Shown: positions 16,157-25,956, counted from the first letter of the stretch. The stretch: DNA of 64,000 nucleotides from Candidatus Binatia bacterium (GCA_022826945.1 JAJDTY010000080.1:34005-98004); one strand, 5' to 3'. The notes: a model not told the origin generated them from the sequence alone. Made by a program: numbers and translations.

Positions 16157-19100
16157 ATGAATACAGCGCCGTCCGACGGTGCAGTTGCCATCGTCGGGTA
16201 CAGTTATCGCATGCCGGGAGGAATCCGGACCGACGACGACCTCTGGCGTTTGCTAAGCGAACGCGAGATCGTCCAGGAGCCCATCACCGACCGCTACGGC
16301 AGAGGCTATCAGCCGATCGGCGGATTCTCCGGTCCAGGTCGATTTGCCAGTCCCTACGAAGGGCTGATTCGCGAGGAAGGGGAGCAGCAGATCGATCGGA
16401 GTCTCTTCGGAGTCTCTCGTAATGAAATGATGTATCTGGACCCGCAGGTGAGAATGTTGTTGAACTGCGCCTGGGAGACCTGTGAGCGGGCCGGCTGGGG
16501 TTTACACTCGTTGCGCAATAGTCCGACGGGTGTCTTCATTGGCGCACAGACGCCGGCGGTGGCGAACTGGCGGGCAATGCACGGCGTCAATGAGTTTTCC
16601 ATTCTCAGCATCGATCCGTCCATGATGGCCAACCGCATCTCCTACCATCTTAACCTGATGGGGCCGTCGATAGCCTGTTGCACGGCGTGTTCCGCCGGCC
16701 TGAGCGCTTTGCACACGGCGATGAATGCGATACAGCGCGGCGACTGTCACCAGGCCCTCGTCGGATCGGCCCAGTACCTGGGATCAGCCAGACTCAGTAG
16801 CGGCTTCAATGCGCTGGGGATCGTCAGCCCGGATGGCAAGTGTCATTCCTTTGACGCGGAAGCGAATGGCTACGTGCGTTCGGAAGGAGCATTTATCTTC
16901 GCGCTGAAGCCCCTGGAGGTGGCGGAAAGAGACGGAGATCGCATCTACGCCGTGGTGGAGGCGACCGCAGTCAATACGGCCGGGGCAGCCGACGGCACCG
17001 ATGGTCTGGCACAGGGGCGCTATATTACCGCGCCGACCCGCCACGCCCAGGTTGAGTTGATGCGTACCGCCTACACCCGCGCCGGGCGTGGGCCAGGAGA
17101 CTTTGATTATATTGAAGCCCATGCGACCGGCACCGTGGTCGGTGATCGTATGGAAGGCAACGCCATCGCAGAGGCGTTCGGCGGTGTCGACCGCGCGGTT
17201 CCGCTCCGAGTTTCCAGCGTCAAGAGCAATGTCGGGCATATGGAGGCCGCGGCGTTCCACTGCTCTCTGCTCAAGGTCATCCTGATGATGCAGCAGCGCA
17301 CATTTGCGCCGACCTCGAAGAATTTCCTGGTGCCGAATCCGGAGATTGACTTCGACCGGGTTCCCATGCAGGTGCAGACGGCCTGTGAACCCTTTCCCGA
17401 ACGGCCGGTCGTGGTGGGTATCAATTCGTTCGGCTTTGGTGGGGCCAACGGGCACTGCGTGGTGCGGGAATACCGCCCGGCCCAACCCCGGGTCTGGTCG
17501 GTGGCCCTGGCCCCGGAGGCCGGTTTCATGATTCCCCTGTCAGCCCGTACATCCGACGCACTAACGCAGAGCGCCCGACAGTTACGGGAAACGCTCGACA
17601 ACCAGGCGATAGACCTGTATACGCTGGCCGGCAACCTCAGCCGCCGCCGTACCCACTTCGCTACGCGTACGGCCTTGGCGGTTCGCAGCCAGAAAGAACT
17701 TACCGAGGCGCTAGACGCCTTCACGGAAGAGCCTACACCGGTCGCTGCCGTGGAAGAAGGCGAGAAGCGGCTGGCCATGGTATTCTCCGGTCAGGGGACG
17801 CAGTGGGCCGGTTGCGGTCGCGGGCTGTACGACACGGACCCTGTATTCCGCCGCGTGATCGATGCCATTGAGGGACACTGGCGGGAGCACTCGGACATCT
17901 CGCTGCGCGAGGCCTGTTTCTCGGCCAGCCAGGAAGAACTGAACGAAGTGCAACTGGCGCAGCCCGTCATTTTCATGTTGCAGTGCGCGCTGGTGGAGCT
18001 GTTCAAGACCTGGGGCGTGTATGCGGACTGCGTGGTTGGCCACAGTTCCGGCGAGGTCGCCGCAGCGTACGCCTGCGGAGCGCTTTCGCTGGCAGAAGCC
18101 ACGCGCCTGGTCTTCCATCGCGCCACCTTGCAACAGCGAACGGCCGGTTCCGGTCGTATGCTGGCGATCGGCCTCGACCGACCCGGTGTGGAGGACATAC
18201 TTGAAACGCTCCGCATTCCCTTCAGCACCGAGAATGGTCAGCCGACCCAGGTTGAGATCGCCTGCGAGAACGCACCGGCCAGTACCGTCATCTGCGGCAA
18301 GGAGGCTGCCTTGCAGCCCGTCATGGCGGAATTGGATGGGCGCAAGCTGCAACATCGGCTGCTTCCGGGTAATATTGCCTTCCATTCCAGTGCCATGGAC
18401 CCGCTCGAAGACGACGCCCTGGAGGCCCTGTCCTTTTTGAACGGCTGCGCCTTTGACGCCGATGTGCCATTCGTTTCTTCGGTCACCGGTGTGAAAACAG
18501 AGTGCCTGGACAACGCCTATTGGTGGTCAAATATCCGCCAGCCGGTACGGTTCGCGGCGGCCGTGGAAACCGTCAAGCGGGAGTATCAGGCTGACGTGAT
18601 ACTGGAAATCGCGCCGCATAGCGCCCTGCAACCCACTATTGCCCAGTGTCTGGAAGACGGCGTTCCGGTGCCGGCCTGCATTCCGACGCTCATGAGAGAT
18701 ACGGATGTCTGCCTCGGCTTTCACGAGGCTCTGGGTGCCCTTTTCCGGGCCGGCGTAGACCTGGATTTTGCGGCCCAGTATCCGCGCCCGGAGCCCATCG
18801 CCCATCTCCTGCCCGGCCATCCGCGAGAAGAGCGGGCGACAAAGGATGTCATGGCCGACAACGAGTTTCTTGTTCAACAGGGGGAGTACTCCCACGGCCC
18901 GCTGGTCGGGCACAAGGTTCCTTCTGACCACCTGCTCTTCGAAGCGCGGCTTTCGGAGAGGGACTTTCCCTGGTTGGCAGAGCACCGCGTCCATCATGCG
19001 TCGATCATTCCGGCAGCCGGCTATATTGAGTTGATCCTGCAGGCTCTTGAGGGCGTACCGGTCTATTGCGAAGAGATTGAATTCCTCCAGCCCTGTCCCA

Positions 19101-22100
19101 TCCCCAAAGCTCCGGTACGGCTGCAAACGGCCTTGTATCCGGTCGCTGGTGCCCCGGACGAGTTTACCTTCACCATTTCTTCCCGGTCGTACGACATCGA
19201 AAAGGAAAGTACGTTGCATTGCCGTGGCCAGGTGCGTCGGGTGAGTGAAGAACACACGGTGGACGTCCCAAGGCAACTGTCGGATATCGACACGACCGGC
19301 TTTGAGACCGCACCCTTTACGAAAGACGGCGAATTTTACGAGCACGTGGAGGGAATCCTCGGAGACGCCTTCCAATATGGTCCTTTTTTTCGGACCATCC
19401 AAAAGATCGATAAGGATAGGAAGTCCGAGCATCTTTTGGTTGACGTGGAGGTTGATGAGGAACTGTGGGCAACCGGCCGAGCGGAGGGGTATGTCTTGCT
19501 GCCGTCCTTAATCGACGGCGGGCTGCAGATCTTCCTGTACCATCTGATGCGTATCCCTGATCTTTTCTCCATGCCACAGCGAGCCCGGCACGTAACGTTT
19601 GTTCGTCCGCCGACAACGCAACGGATCACCTGTTATGTAGCAAAACCCGCCAATGAGTTGTTCGATATGATTGAAAAGGGGCAATATGCCGTTCATACCG
19701 GCGAGAGGTCCGGTGGCAGCATCAGTTTCTACGATAGCGCGACGGGATCTCTCATCGCCTATATCGAAGAATATCGCTCCTTCAACACCAATCCGAGATG
19801 GATCGACCTGCCGCACAGCAAACATATTGTCTCCTGGCAGCCCAGGTTCGTCCCCGACGCTCGGCCACTTGTGGACAGATTGCCAGACGGAGAGATCGAG
19901 CCGACCGCTTTGATTGCTGCTCTTGAGCAGTTCGACTGCGACGACCGCCATGCCTGCAATGCCGTTGAGTTCGCTGCCGGTCGAGAGCCCGACCAGACCA
20001 TCCTCAAACAATGTCTTGAGCATCTCTCGGGTACAGATAGCCAGACCGAATTCTGGCTCGTCGGTGACAGTGAAGAAGGGACTCAGGCGCACTACGATGC
20101 CTTCAATCAAAATGATGCCACCCTGCGTTTCGAGCGCCTTGATCTGTCCGCCCAGCCAGCGCCGGAACTGAATGCCGGCCTGCTGCGTCCGGGTGTCGCC
20201 GATATCCTGTTCCTGCATGGGGAGGCCGTTGCGTTCGGACTGGAGGACTGGCGATTCTGGCGCCGGTTGGCGGTCGCTGGTGGTCTGGCGCTAGTCTGCC
20301 ACGACGAGGGCGAGGTGATCACACCAGGCGACGGATGGACCATCGTCCGTGCTGGACAGCGTACGACCCTGCTGCAAGCGCCGCAGTCCTATGCTCTTGA
20401 CGCAACGGACAGGCCAGGACCGCGCTGGGTGCTGGGTGAGTCGGAGAGTTGGGCTGCGGACTGGGTGTCTCTGCTCAATGCGCCCGAGGTGTCCCCGATT
20501 TCCTATGACTCCCTTCGGAGCGGTGATTTCCATGCGCTCGAGGAATGGTCGCAAGTGGCCGATGTGCAAGCGATTGACTTCTTCTGTGGGACAGACCCGC
20601 AGGACCCGACAGGGGAAAAGGTGGTATCGCGCTGCGTCGCCTTTATCCAGGCATTGGTCTCCTCCAGAATCGAGCAGGCGAACGACAGGTGCCGCTTGAC
20701 CGTGATCACACGCCGGGCGGCCTACGATGTGGAAGAGCCACGCGGACATGCGCTGTGGGGAGTGGTACGCAGTATGGCCGCCGAAGTCGATGAGGAGGCC
20801 AAGCTCGACTTCCGCCTAGTGGACTTGGGTGCCTCCGACGACTTGGAGACCTTGGCTTGGCTGGGTCGGTGCGATGTGCGGGAGCGTGAACTGGCGGTAC
20901 GGCAGCAACGCGTGTGGGCTCCGCGGTTGGTCAGTATTCGGAAGCGATTTCCTCACGTTTCTGCCGGTGAGGAGCCTGCCTACCGACTCTGCTTGGACAA
21001 TCCGGGACAGGTCGGCGGTTTGCAGATGAAGACGTACGAACCCGCGGCACTGGGAGCGCGAGACGTGGAGATCGAAGTGGCGGCGGCCGCGCTTAACTTC
21101 CGGGACGTCATGGTCACGCTGGGGTTGTTGCCGGCCCTGTCATACGAACGCTCTGCGCTTGGGCGTGAAGTCGGCATCGAGGCCAGCGGTGTCGTTCGCC
21201 GTGTCGGCTCGGCGGTGCGCTGGCACTCCGTCGGTGACGCAGTGGCATTCACCAAGGGGGGGTGTATTGCCAATCGTGTGGTGGTTGACGAGCATCTCGT
21301 TTTTGCCAAGCCCGCCCGCTTGAGTATGGAGGAGGCTGCCTCGTCGTTATCGGCCTACGTGACCGCCTACTATGCCCTGAGACATCTAGCGCGCCTCGGG
21401 AAGGGCCAACGGGTGCTGATCCACTCGGCTATGGGCGGAGTCGGCCAGGCTGCCATTGCCCTAGCCAAACATGTCGGAGCGGAAATCTACGCCACTGCGG
21501 GCAGCGAGAGCAAGCGAGCGCAATTGTTGGCGCTGGGCGTCCGTGCGGCCTTCGATTCTCACAGCTACGATTGGTACGACGACGTCATGGTGGCGACCGG
21601 AGGCGAGGGCGTTGACATCGTGTTGAATTCCCTGGCCGGTCGCCATATTGCCCTGTGTCTGGAGGCCTTACGGCCGGGTGGCTGGCACTGCGAGATTGGC
21701 AAGGTCGATATCTACGCCGACAATGCACTCAGCCTGCGTGTCTTTCGCAAGAACCTGCGCTTTGTGGCGATTGACGTTGATCGTCTCATGATGGACGACC
21801 CGGCCCTCTCGCACCAACTCTCTCGGGCCTGCCTGGACCTGCTTGACCGAGGCGCGGTACCGCCATTGCCGGTCACGGTCTTTCCGTACAAGGACTATGA
21901 TAAGGCCCTGCGTTTGATGATCAACGGCCAACACCAGGGAAAATTGGTCCTGACGGCCCCGCCGGCGTCTGTCGGTCCTGACTTCCCGATTGCCGACCGA
22001 CGGCCATTTCTCGATCCCGATGCGACCTACCTTGTGACCGGCGGCCTGGGTGGTCTCGGCCTGCGCTTTTTGCCCTATCTGGTCGCTTCGGGGGCACGCC

Positions 22101-23227
22101 ATCTCACCTTGATGGACCGCGATCCCGAGCGCCGTCGGAGCGTTGATTGGGTCCGTCAGTCGAGTACTCTGGCCGACATGGATGAAGAGGTCGAGATCGG
22201 CATTGTTGCGGGTGATGTGGCGGAAGAGGCCGATGTCCAGCGCTGTATCGCTCAACTGCACCGGCCGCTCAAGGGTGTGTTCCACCTCGCCGGTGTGCTG
22301 GATGACCGTTATCTGGCCGACATGTCGCCCGAATCCCTGACAAGGGTATTCGCGTCCAAGGCCTATGGCGCTCTCCATCTTCACCGGGCGACAGCTGGCT
22401 GCCCACTTGAGCATTTTGTTCTGTTCTCCTCTATGGCCTCGACCTTTGGCAACCCCGGACAAATCAATTACAGCGCCGCCAATGCTTTCTTAGACGGGTT
22501 GGCTGCCTATCGCCGTCGGCAGAGCCTGCCGGGTTTGGCTTACAACCTCGCTGCCGTTACGGAAGTCGGCATGGCCGCGCGGAATGCCCAGTTGTTGCGC
22601 ATGATGAGGACTGCCGGCCTGCCTCCGGTCAGCAGCGATTTTGCCATTACCAACCTCGATTACGCCATGCGGACGATGTCTGACCGGGACCATTTGGTCA
22701 CCGCCCTGTTCAAGCGTCCGCCGTGGACGGTTGACTCTCTGGACTATATGCGGAGTGGCCGTTTGCTGACCAATCAGGACGCCTTCCGAGTGAATGCAGA
22801 CGGCCAACTGACACTTGACAGCGTGGTGGCGCAGATCGCCGACAAGGTCGCCGAACTCTGCGGTCATGACGAGGGTGGTGTGGAGGAACCATTGTCCAGT
22901 TTTGGGCTCACGTCGATCTCGGTCGCCGAGTTGGGGACGTTCATCCTGACGCAATTCAACTACCAGGTCAGCGCGCTCGAACTGATGACTACGGCCTCCG
23001 CGCTGTCGTTGGCTCACGATATCATCTACGGCAAGAAGGACGCTGAAGAAGGTCAGACCGAGACGGAGACGGACGGGCCTGAGGAGGCGTCTCTCGTTGT
23101 ACAACCGCGCGTCCGCCGCGTGCCGTCGGCTTTCGCCAGCGCGATTGAAGACCACTTTCCGCAGGGGAACGGCGTGCCCCATGGGAGCGGCGTGGAACCG
23201 AGTCCTTTCGCCATCCACTCACCCTGA
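16157..23227 (+). CDS. Single-module, fully reducing type I polyketide synthase (KS-AT-DH-psiMT/psiKR-ER-KR-ACP), MAS/FAS-like, probably iterative
   Basis: All catalytic motifs are found (see the domain features). Start at the ATG at 16157 (MNTAPSDGAVAIVGYSYRMPGG). No TE or R domain in cis. Confidence 0.95.
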   Translation: MNTAPSDGAVAIVGYSYRMPGGIRTDDDLWRLLSEREIVQEPITDRYGRGYQPIGGFSGPGRFASPYEGLIREEGEQQIDRSLFGVSRNEMMYLDPQVRMLLNCAWETCERAGWGLHSLRNSPTGVFIGAQTPAVANWRAMHGVNEFSILSIDPSMMANRISYHLNLMGPSIACCTACSAGLSALHTAMNAIQRGDCHQALVGSAQYLGSARLSSGFNALGIVSPDGKCHSFDAEANGYVRSEGAFIFALKPLEVAERDGDRIYAVVEATAVNTAGAADGTDGLAQGRYITAPTRHAQVELMRTAYTRAGRGPGDFDYIEAHATGTVVGDRMEGNAIAEAFGGVDRAVPLRVSSVKSNVGHMEAAAFHCSLLKVILMMQQRTFAPTSKNFLVPNPEIDFDRVPMQVQTACEPFPERPVVVGINSFGFGGANGHCVVREYRPAQPRVWSVALAPEAGFMIPLSARTSDALTQSARQLRETLDNQAIDLYTLAGNLSRRRTHFATRTALAVRSQKELTEALDAFTEEPTPVAAVEEGEKRLAMVFSGQGTQWAGCGRGLYDTDPVFRRVIDAIEGHWREHSDISLREACFSASQEELNEVQLAQPVIFMLQCALVELFKTWGVYADCVVGHSSGEVAAAYACGALSLAEATRLVFHRATLQQRTAGSGRMLAIGLDRPGVEDILETLRIPFSTENGQPTQVEIACENAPASTVICGKEAALQPVMAELDGRKLQHRLLPGNIAFHSSAMDPLEDDALEALSFLNGCAFDADVPFVSSVTGVKTECLDNAYWWSNIRQPVRFAAAVETVKREYQADVILEIAPHSALQPTIAQCLEDGVPVPACIPTLMRDTDVCLGFHEALGALFRAGVDLDFAAQYPRPEPIAHLLPGHPREERATKDVMADNEFLVQQGEYSHGPLVGHKVPSDHLLFEARLSERDFPWLAEHRVHHASIIPAAGYIELILQALEGVPVYCEEIEFLQPCPIPKAPVRLQTALYPVAGAPDEFTFTISSRSYDIEKESTLHCRGQVRRVSEEHTVDVPRQLSDIDTTGFETAPFTKDGEFYEHVEGILGDAFQYGPFFRTIQKIDKDRKSEHLLVDVEVDEELWATGRAEGYVLLPSLIDGGLQIFLYHLMRIPDLFSMPQRARHVTFVRPPTTQRITCYVAKPANELFDMIEKGQYAVHTGERSGGSISFYDSATGSLIAYIEEYRSFNTNPRWIDLPHSKHIVSWQPRFVPDARPLVDRLPDGEIEPTALIAALEQFDCDDRHACNAVEFAAGREPDQTILKQCLEHLSGTDSQTEFWLVGDSEEGTQAHYDAFNQNDATLRFERLDLSAQPAPELNAGLLRPGVADILFLHGEAVAFGLEDWRFWRRLAVAGGLALVCHDEGEVITPGDGWTIVRAGQRTTLLQAPQSYALDATDRPGPRWVLGESESWAADWVSLLNAPEVSPISYDSLRSGDFHALEEWSQVADVQAIDFFCGTDPQDPTGEKVVSRCVAFIQALVSSRIEQANDRCRLTVITRRAAYDVEEPRGHALWGVVRSMAAEVDEEAKLDFRLVDLGASDDLETLAWLGRCDVRERELAVRQQRVWAPRLVSIRKRFPHVSAGEEPAYRLCLDNPGQVGGLQMKTYEPAALGARDVEIEVAAAALNFRDVMVTLGLLPALSYERSALGREVGIEASGVVRRVGSAVRWHSVGDAVAFTKGGCIANRVVVDEHLVFAKPARLSMEEAASSLSAYVTAYYALRHLARLGKGQRVLIHSAMGGVGQAAIALAKHVGAEIYATAGSESKRAQLLALGVRAAFDSHSYDWYDDVMVATGGEGVDIVLNSLAGRHIALCLEALRPGGWHCEIGKVDIYADNALSLRVFRKNLRFVAIDVDRLMMDDPALSHQLSRACLDLLDRGAVPPLPVTVFPYKDYDKALRLMINGQHQGKLVLTAPPASVGPDFPIADRRPFLDPDATYLVTGGLGGLGLRFLPYLVASGARHLTLMDRDPERRRSVDWVRQSSTLADMDEEVEIGIVAGDVAEEADVQRCIAQLHRPLKGVFHLAGVLDDRYLADMSPESLTRVFASKAYGALHLHRATAGCPLEHFVLFSSMASTFGNPGQINYSAANAFLDGLAAYRRRQSLPGLAYNLAAVTEVGMAARNAQLLRMMRTAGLPPVSSDFAITNLDYAMRTMSDRDHLVTALFKRPPWTVDSLDYMRSGRLLTNQDAFRVNADGQLTLDSVVAQIADKVAELCGHDEGGVEEPLSSFGLTSISVAELGTFILTQFNYQVSALELMTTASALSLAHDIIYGKKDAEEGQTETETDGPEEASLVVQPRVRRVPSAFASAIEDHFPQGNGVPHGSGVEPSPFAIHSP
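16184..17467 (+). other. PKS ketosynthase domain
   Basis: 'ACCTACSAGL' (Cys codon at 16688-16690), 'EAHATGT', 'SNVGHMEAAA'. Confidence 0.9.
17768..18673 (+). other. PKS acyltransferase domain (malonyl-type signature)
   Basis: 'VFSGQGTQW', 'GHSSGEVAAAYA', and 'IAFHS' (xAFH rather than YASH). Confidence 0.85.
18866..19768 (+). other. PKS dehydratase domain
   Basis: 'LAEHRVHHASIIPAAGYIE' (catalytic His) and 'LIDGGLQ' (DxxxQ). Confidence 0.8.
19886..20953 (+). other. Structural psi-methyltransferase / psi-KR interdomain region
   Basis: ~355 aa between DH and ER. 'NAVEFAAGREPDQT' sits where a SAM-binding 'VLEIGAGTG' would be, so the motif is degenerate. Confidence 0.5.
20975..21958 (+). other. 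PKS enoylreductase domain
   Basis: 'VEIEVAAAALNFRDVM', 'LIHSAMGGVGQAAIALAKHVGAEIYATAGS'. Confidence 0.85.
22019..22573 (+). other. PKS ketoreductase catalytic domain
   Basis: 'TYLVTGGLGGLGLRF', 'FSSMASTFGNPGQINYSAANAFLD'. Confidence 0.85.
22805..23038 (+). other. PKS acyl carrier protein domain
   Basis: 'LSSFGLTSISVAEL'. The phosphopantetheine Ser codon is at 22913-22915, and the motif reads TSI rather than DSL. A ~60-aa acidic/Pro-rich tail follows. Confidence 0.75.
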
Positions 23228-23252
23228 AGGTGAAGGAGAGGAGAACATCGCC

Positions 23253-24992
23253 ATGCCGAATGCACTTTTGGTGTATCCCGAAAACCCCCCTGCCTACTGG
23301 GGGGCGAAATATGCTCTGGAGATGCTTGGTATAAAGGCAGCCTTTCCCCCCTTAGGTCTGCTCACCATCGCCGCGATGTTTCCACCGGAATACGACCTCC
23401 GCGTCGTGGATATGAATGTGTCTCCCCTGGAGGACTCGGACCTGGAATGGGCGGATATGGTGTTTACCTCCACCATGATCGTTCAGCGAGTCTCTCTGCA
23501 AACCATCATTGAGCGATGCAACCGGGCCGGGGTTCTCGTGGTGGCCGGGGGGCCTCATCCCACCACATATCATGATGAGATCACAGGCGTGGATCATTTC
23601 GTGCTGGATGAGGCAGAGGAGATCTTTCCCGGATTTCTGCGCGACCTGGAAAACGGCATGGCCAAAGCCATGTATCGCGAGCCGCGCAAGCCGGATGTGA
23701 CGCAGACCCCCATTCCACGCTTCGACCTCATCGATATGGAGCACTATTACTCCATGAGCGTGCAGTTCTCGCGCGGGTGTCCGTTCGACTGTGAGTTCTG
23801 CGACATTACCAAGCTCTACGGGCGGGTGCCCAGGACCAAGTCGCCAGAGCAAATGGTGAACGAGTTCGAAGCCCTGTATGGACTGGGCTGGCGAGGTCCT
23901 TTGCTTCTGGTTGACGACAACTTCATTGGCAACAAGCGAGATGCCTTGAAACTCCTGCCGGAGATCGCCGAGTGGCAAAAGGCCCGTGGATATCCCTTCT
24001 CCCTCTTCACGGAAGCGACGGTGAATCTGGCCCGCATGGATGAACTGATGGACCTCATGGTCGAGGCGGGTTTCAATTCCGTATTTTTGGGCATTGAAAC
24101 GCCCAATCCCAAGGCATTGCTCAAGACGAAGAAACCACAAAACGTCAACAAGCAGGAAGAGCATTTCCTTTTGAATGCTGTTCGTAAAATCCAGCACAAA
24201 GGGATGCAGGTCCAAGGAGGATTCATCCTAGGTCTGGATGAAGATGACGAGGGCGTGTTTGACGCCCAGATCGATTTTATTCAGGCTGCCGGCATTCCCA
24301 TGGCCCCGATCTATATGTTGGCTGCTCTGAAGAATACGAATCTATATAATCGCCTGAAGTCGGAGAACCGGCTTTTGGACGTACCCATTGAAATTGACGC
24401 CACAGCCCTCAACTTCAAGCCGGAGCTGAATCCCAAGACGTTGATCGAGGGATATCGACGCGTGACCACCACCATTTACGACCCAACGCTTGAGCATTAC
24501 TTCAAGCGCTGCCTGACGTTATTTGAGCACCTCGCGCCCGTCCCGCACCTGCAAAAGCCGAGGAGTAAGAACACTCTTTTTTTGGCTCTGATGAGCGTAC
24601 GCCGCCGGCTTTCCTCCAGGCAACTTCCGGCCTACAACAAGTTCATTGCCAAGGTCTCCAAGGACCATCCCCGTATGCTCCCGGAGGCGATCAGTCTGGC
24701 CGCTATGGGCTACCACTTTGAAAAGGTCACCCGTCAGCAGATTGCGATCCGCGAGTTCAAGGAGTTTTTGACGGCCGAATTGAAGGGGTTCAAGGAAGCG
24801 GCCTCGCATCAGTCACGGGAAGTGGAAAAAATCCAGAAACAGCAGCAGGAGTTGCTCGCGCGAGTCCAGGCGCGCTACAAATCGATACCTGACGATTTTC
24901 GATACCAGGGAGATGGAATCGAGCCGACTCTGGAGGCCTTCCGAAGCGCGGTGAATACACAGGCAGACCACCTCACTCACGCGGCGGTATAA
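23253..24992 (+). CDS. B12-binding-domain radical SAM protein (class B, DUF4070-type C-terminus)
   Basis: N-terminal cobalamin-binding Rossmann region (LGLLTIAAMFPPEYDLRVVDMN...VVAGGPHPT). Radical SAM cluster 'SRGCPFDCEFCDI' (CxxxCxxC). AAGGAGAGGAG RBS. Confidence 0.85.
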   Translation: MPNALLVYPENPPAYWGAKYALEMLGIKAAFPPLGLLTIAAMFPPEYDLRVVDMNVSPLEDSDLEWADMVFTSTMIVQRVSLQTIIERCNRAGVLVVAGGPHPTTYHDEITGVDHFVLDEAEEIFPGFLRDLENGMAKAMYREPRKPDVTQTPIPRFDLIDMEHYYSMSVQFSRGCPFDCEFCDITKLYGRVPRTKSPEQMVNEFEALYGLGWRGPLLLVDDNFIGNKRDALKLLPEIAEWQKARGYPFSLFTEATVNLARMDELMDLMVEAGFNSVFLGIETPNPKALLKTKKPQNVNKQEEHFLLNAVRKIQHKGMQVQGGFILGLDEDDEGVFDAQIDFIQAAGIPMAPIYMLAALKNTNLYNRLKSENRLLDVPIEIDATALNFKPELNPKTLIEGYRRVTTTIYDPTLEHYFKRCLTLFEHLAPVPHLQKPRSKNTLFLALMSVRRRLSSRQLPAYNKFIAKVSKDHPRMLPEAISLAAMGYHFEKVTRQQIAIREFKEFLTAELKGFKEAASHQSREVEKIQKQQQELLARVQARYKSIPDDFRYQGDGIEPTLEAFRSAVNTQADHLTHAAV

Positions 24993-25095
24993 GGAGCAGG
25001 ACGTACTTGCATGGGCACTCGAAGACCACTTCCCGCCGGAGGCGAGTGTTGGAGCGGAGCTAGTCCAAGCCGTGGCTATCGGGTAGCAGTATCAG

Positions 25096-25857
25096 ATGGA
25101 TCGGGAATCGGATTGTGAGGCCGCAGGGAGTGAGGCGGGTATGTCCTCAACGGATGAATGTTGGTGGCGTCCGTTCAGGAAAACCGACAGGGCTGCTGTC
25201 TATCATGTTGATCTGACACCTCATGCGGCCCGCGAGCGAGCCGCCGTGGCCTGGCTCGACAAGCAAGAACATGTGCGTTGGCAGCGCTACCCGTATGCGC
25301 GTCCTCGGCGCGAGTTTGCCCTGTGCCGCGCAGCGCTCCGTGCCCTGCTGTGTGGTCGGCTCGATTGTCGCAATGATGAATTAGCCTTTGGTGCCTCGCA
25401 GTATGGAAAGCCGTTTGCCTTTGTGAGTGGGACGCCGGTGCCCATCAGCTTTAATATCAGTCACAGCGGCGCGCACGGATTGATCGCGTTTGCAGCAGCC
25501 GGCCGTATCGGGGTGGATGTGGAGGAGCGGGTCACTCGTCGCGATCTTGACGGAATAAGCCAGACGGTCTTTACGCCGGGCGAACGCGCGGCGCTGGCCG
25601 CGACGAGTGGAGAGCGGAAGGTCCACCTGTTCTTCAGTCTGTGGACGCTGAAGGAAGCGCTGATTAAGGCGCTCGGTCCGGGCTTTTCTTTGGACCCGTC
25701 CCGATTCGAGATTCCAGCGGCCATGTGTCGCGGCCTGCCTACCAGCGTCTTTCGGTTCCCTCACCTCCCCGCGGCCAGTTGGCGGCTCGAAAATCTGGAC
25801 AACACCGCTTTTGCCGCCGCCATCGCCCATGAACTGGGACTCGGTCCCACAGAGTAA
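25096..25857 (+). CDS. Sfp-type 4'-phosphopantetheinyl transferase
   Basis: 'FNISHSG', 'GVDVEE', 'FSLWTLKEALIKALG'. The start is uncertain (25096 or 25141). Confidence 0.85.
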   Translation: MDRESDCEAAGSEAGMSSTDECWWRPFRKTDRAAVYHVDLTPHAARERAAVAWLDKQEHVRWQRYPYARPRREFALCRAALRALLCGRLDCRNDELAFGASQYGKPFAFVSGTPVPISFNISHSGAHGLIAFAAAGRIGVDVEERVTRRDLDGISQTVFTPGERAALAATSGERKVHLFFSLWTLKEALIKALGPGFSLDPSRFEIPAAMCRGLPTSVFRFPHLPAASWRLENLDNTAFAAAIAHELGLGPTE

Positions 25858-25956
25858 ACGGACCCTCAACGGAGATGTTGGCGCGTCTACTCTTTGCTCC
25901 GGTGAGGAGCAGGGAGCCGCTCACGCGTGTCACGGCCGCAGTTCTGTCTCAAGAGC

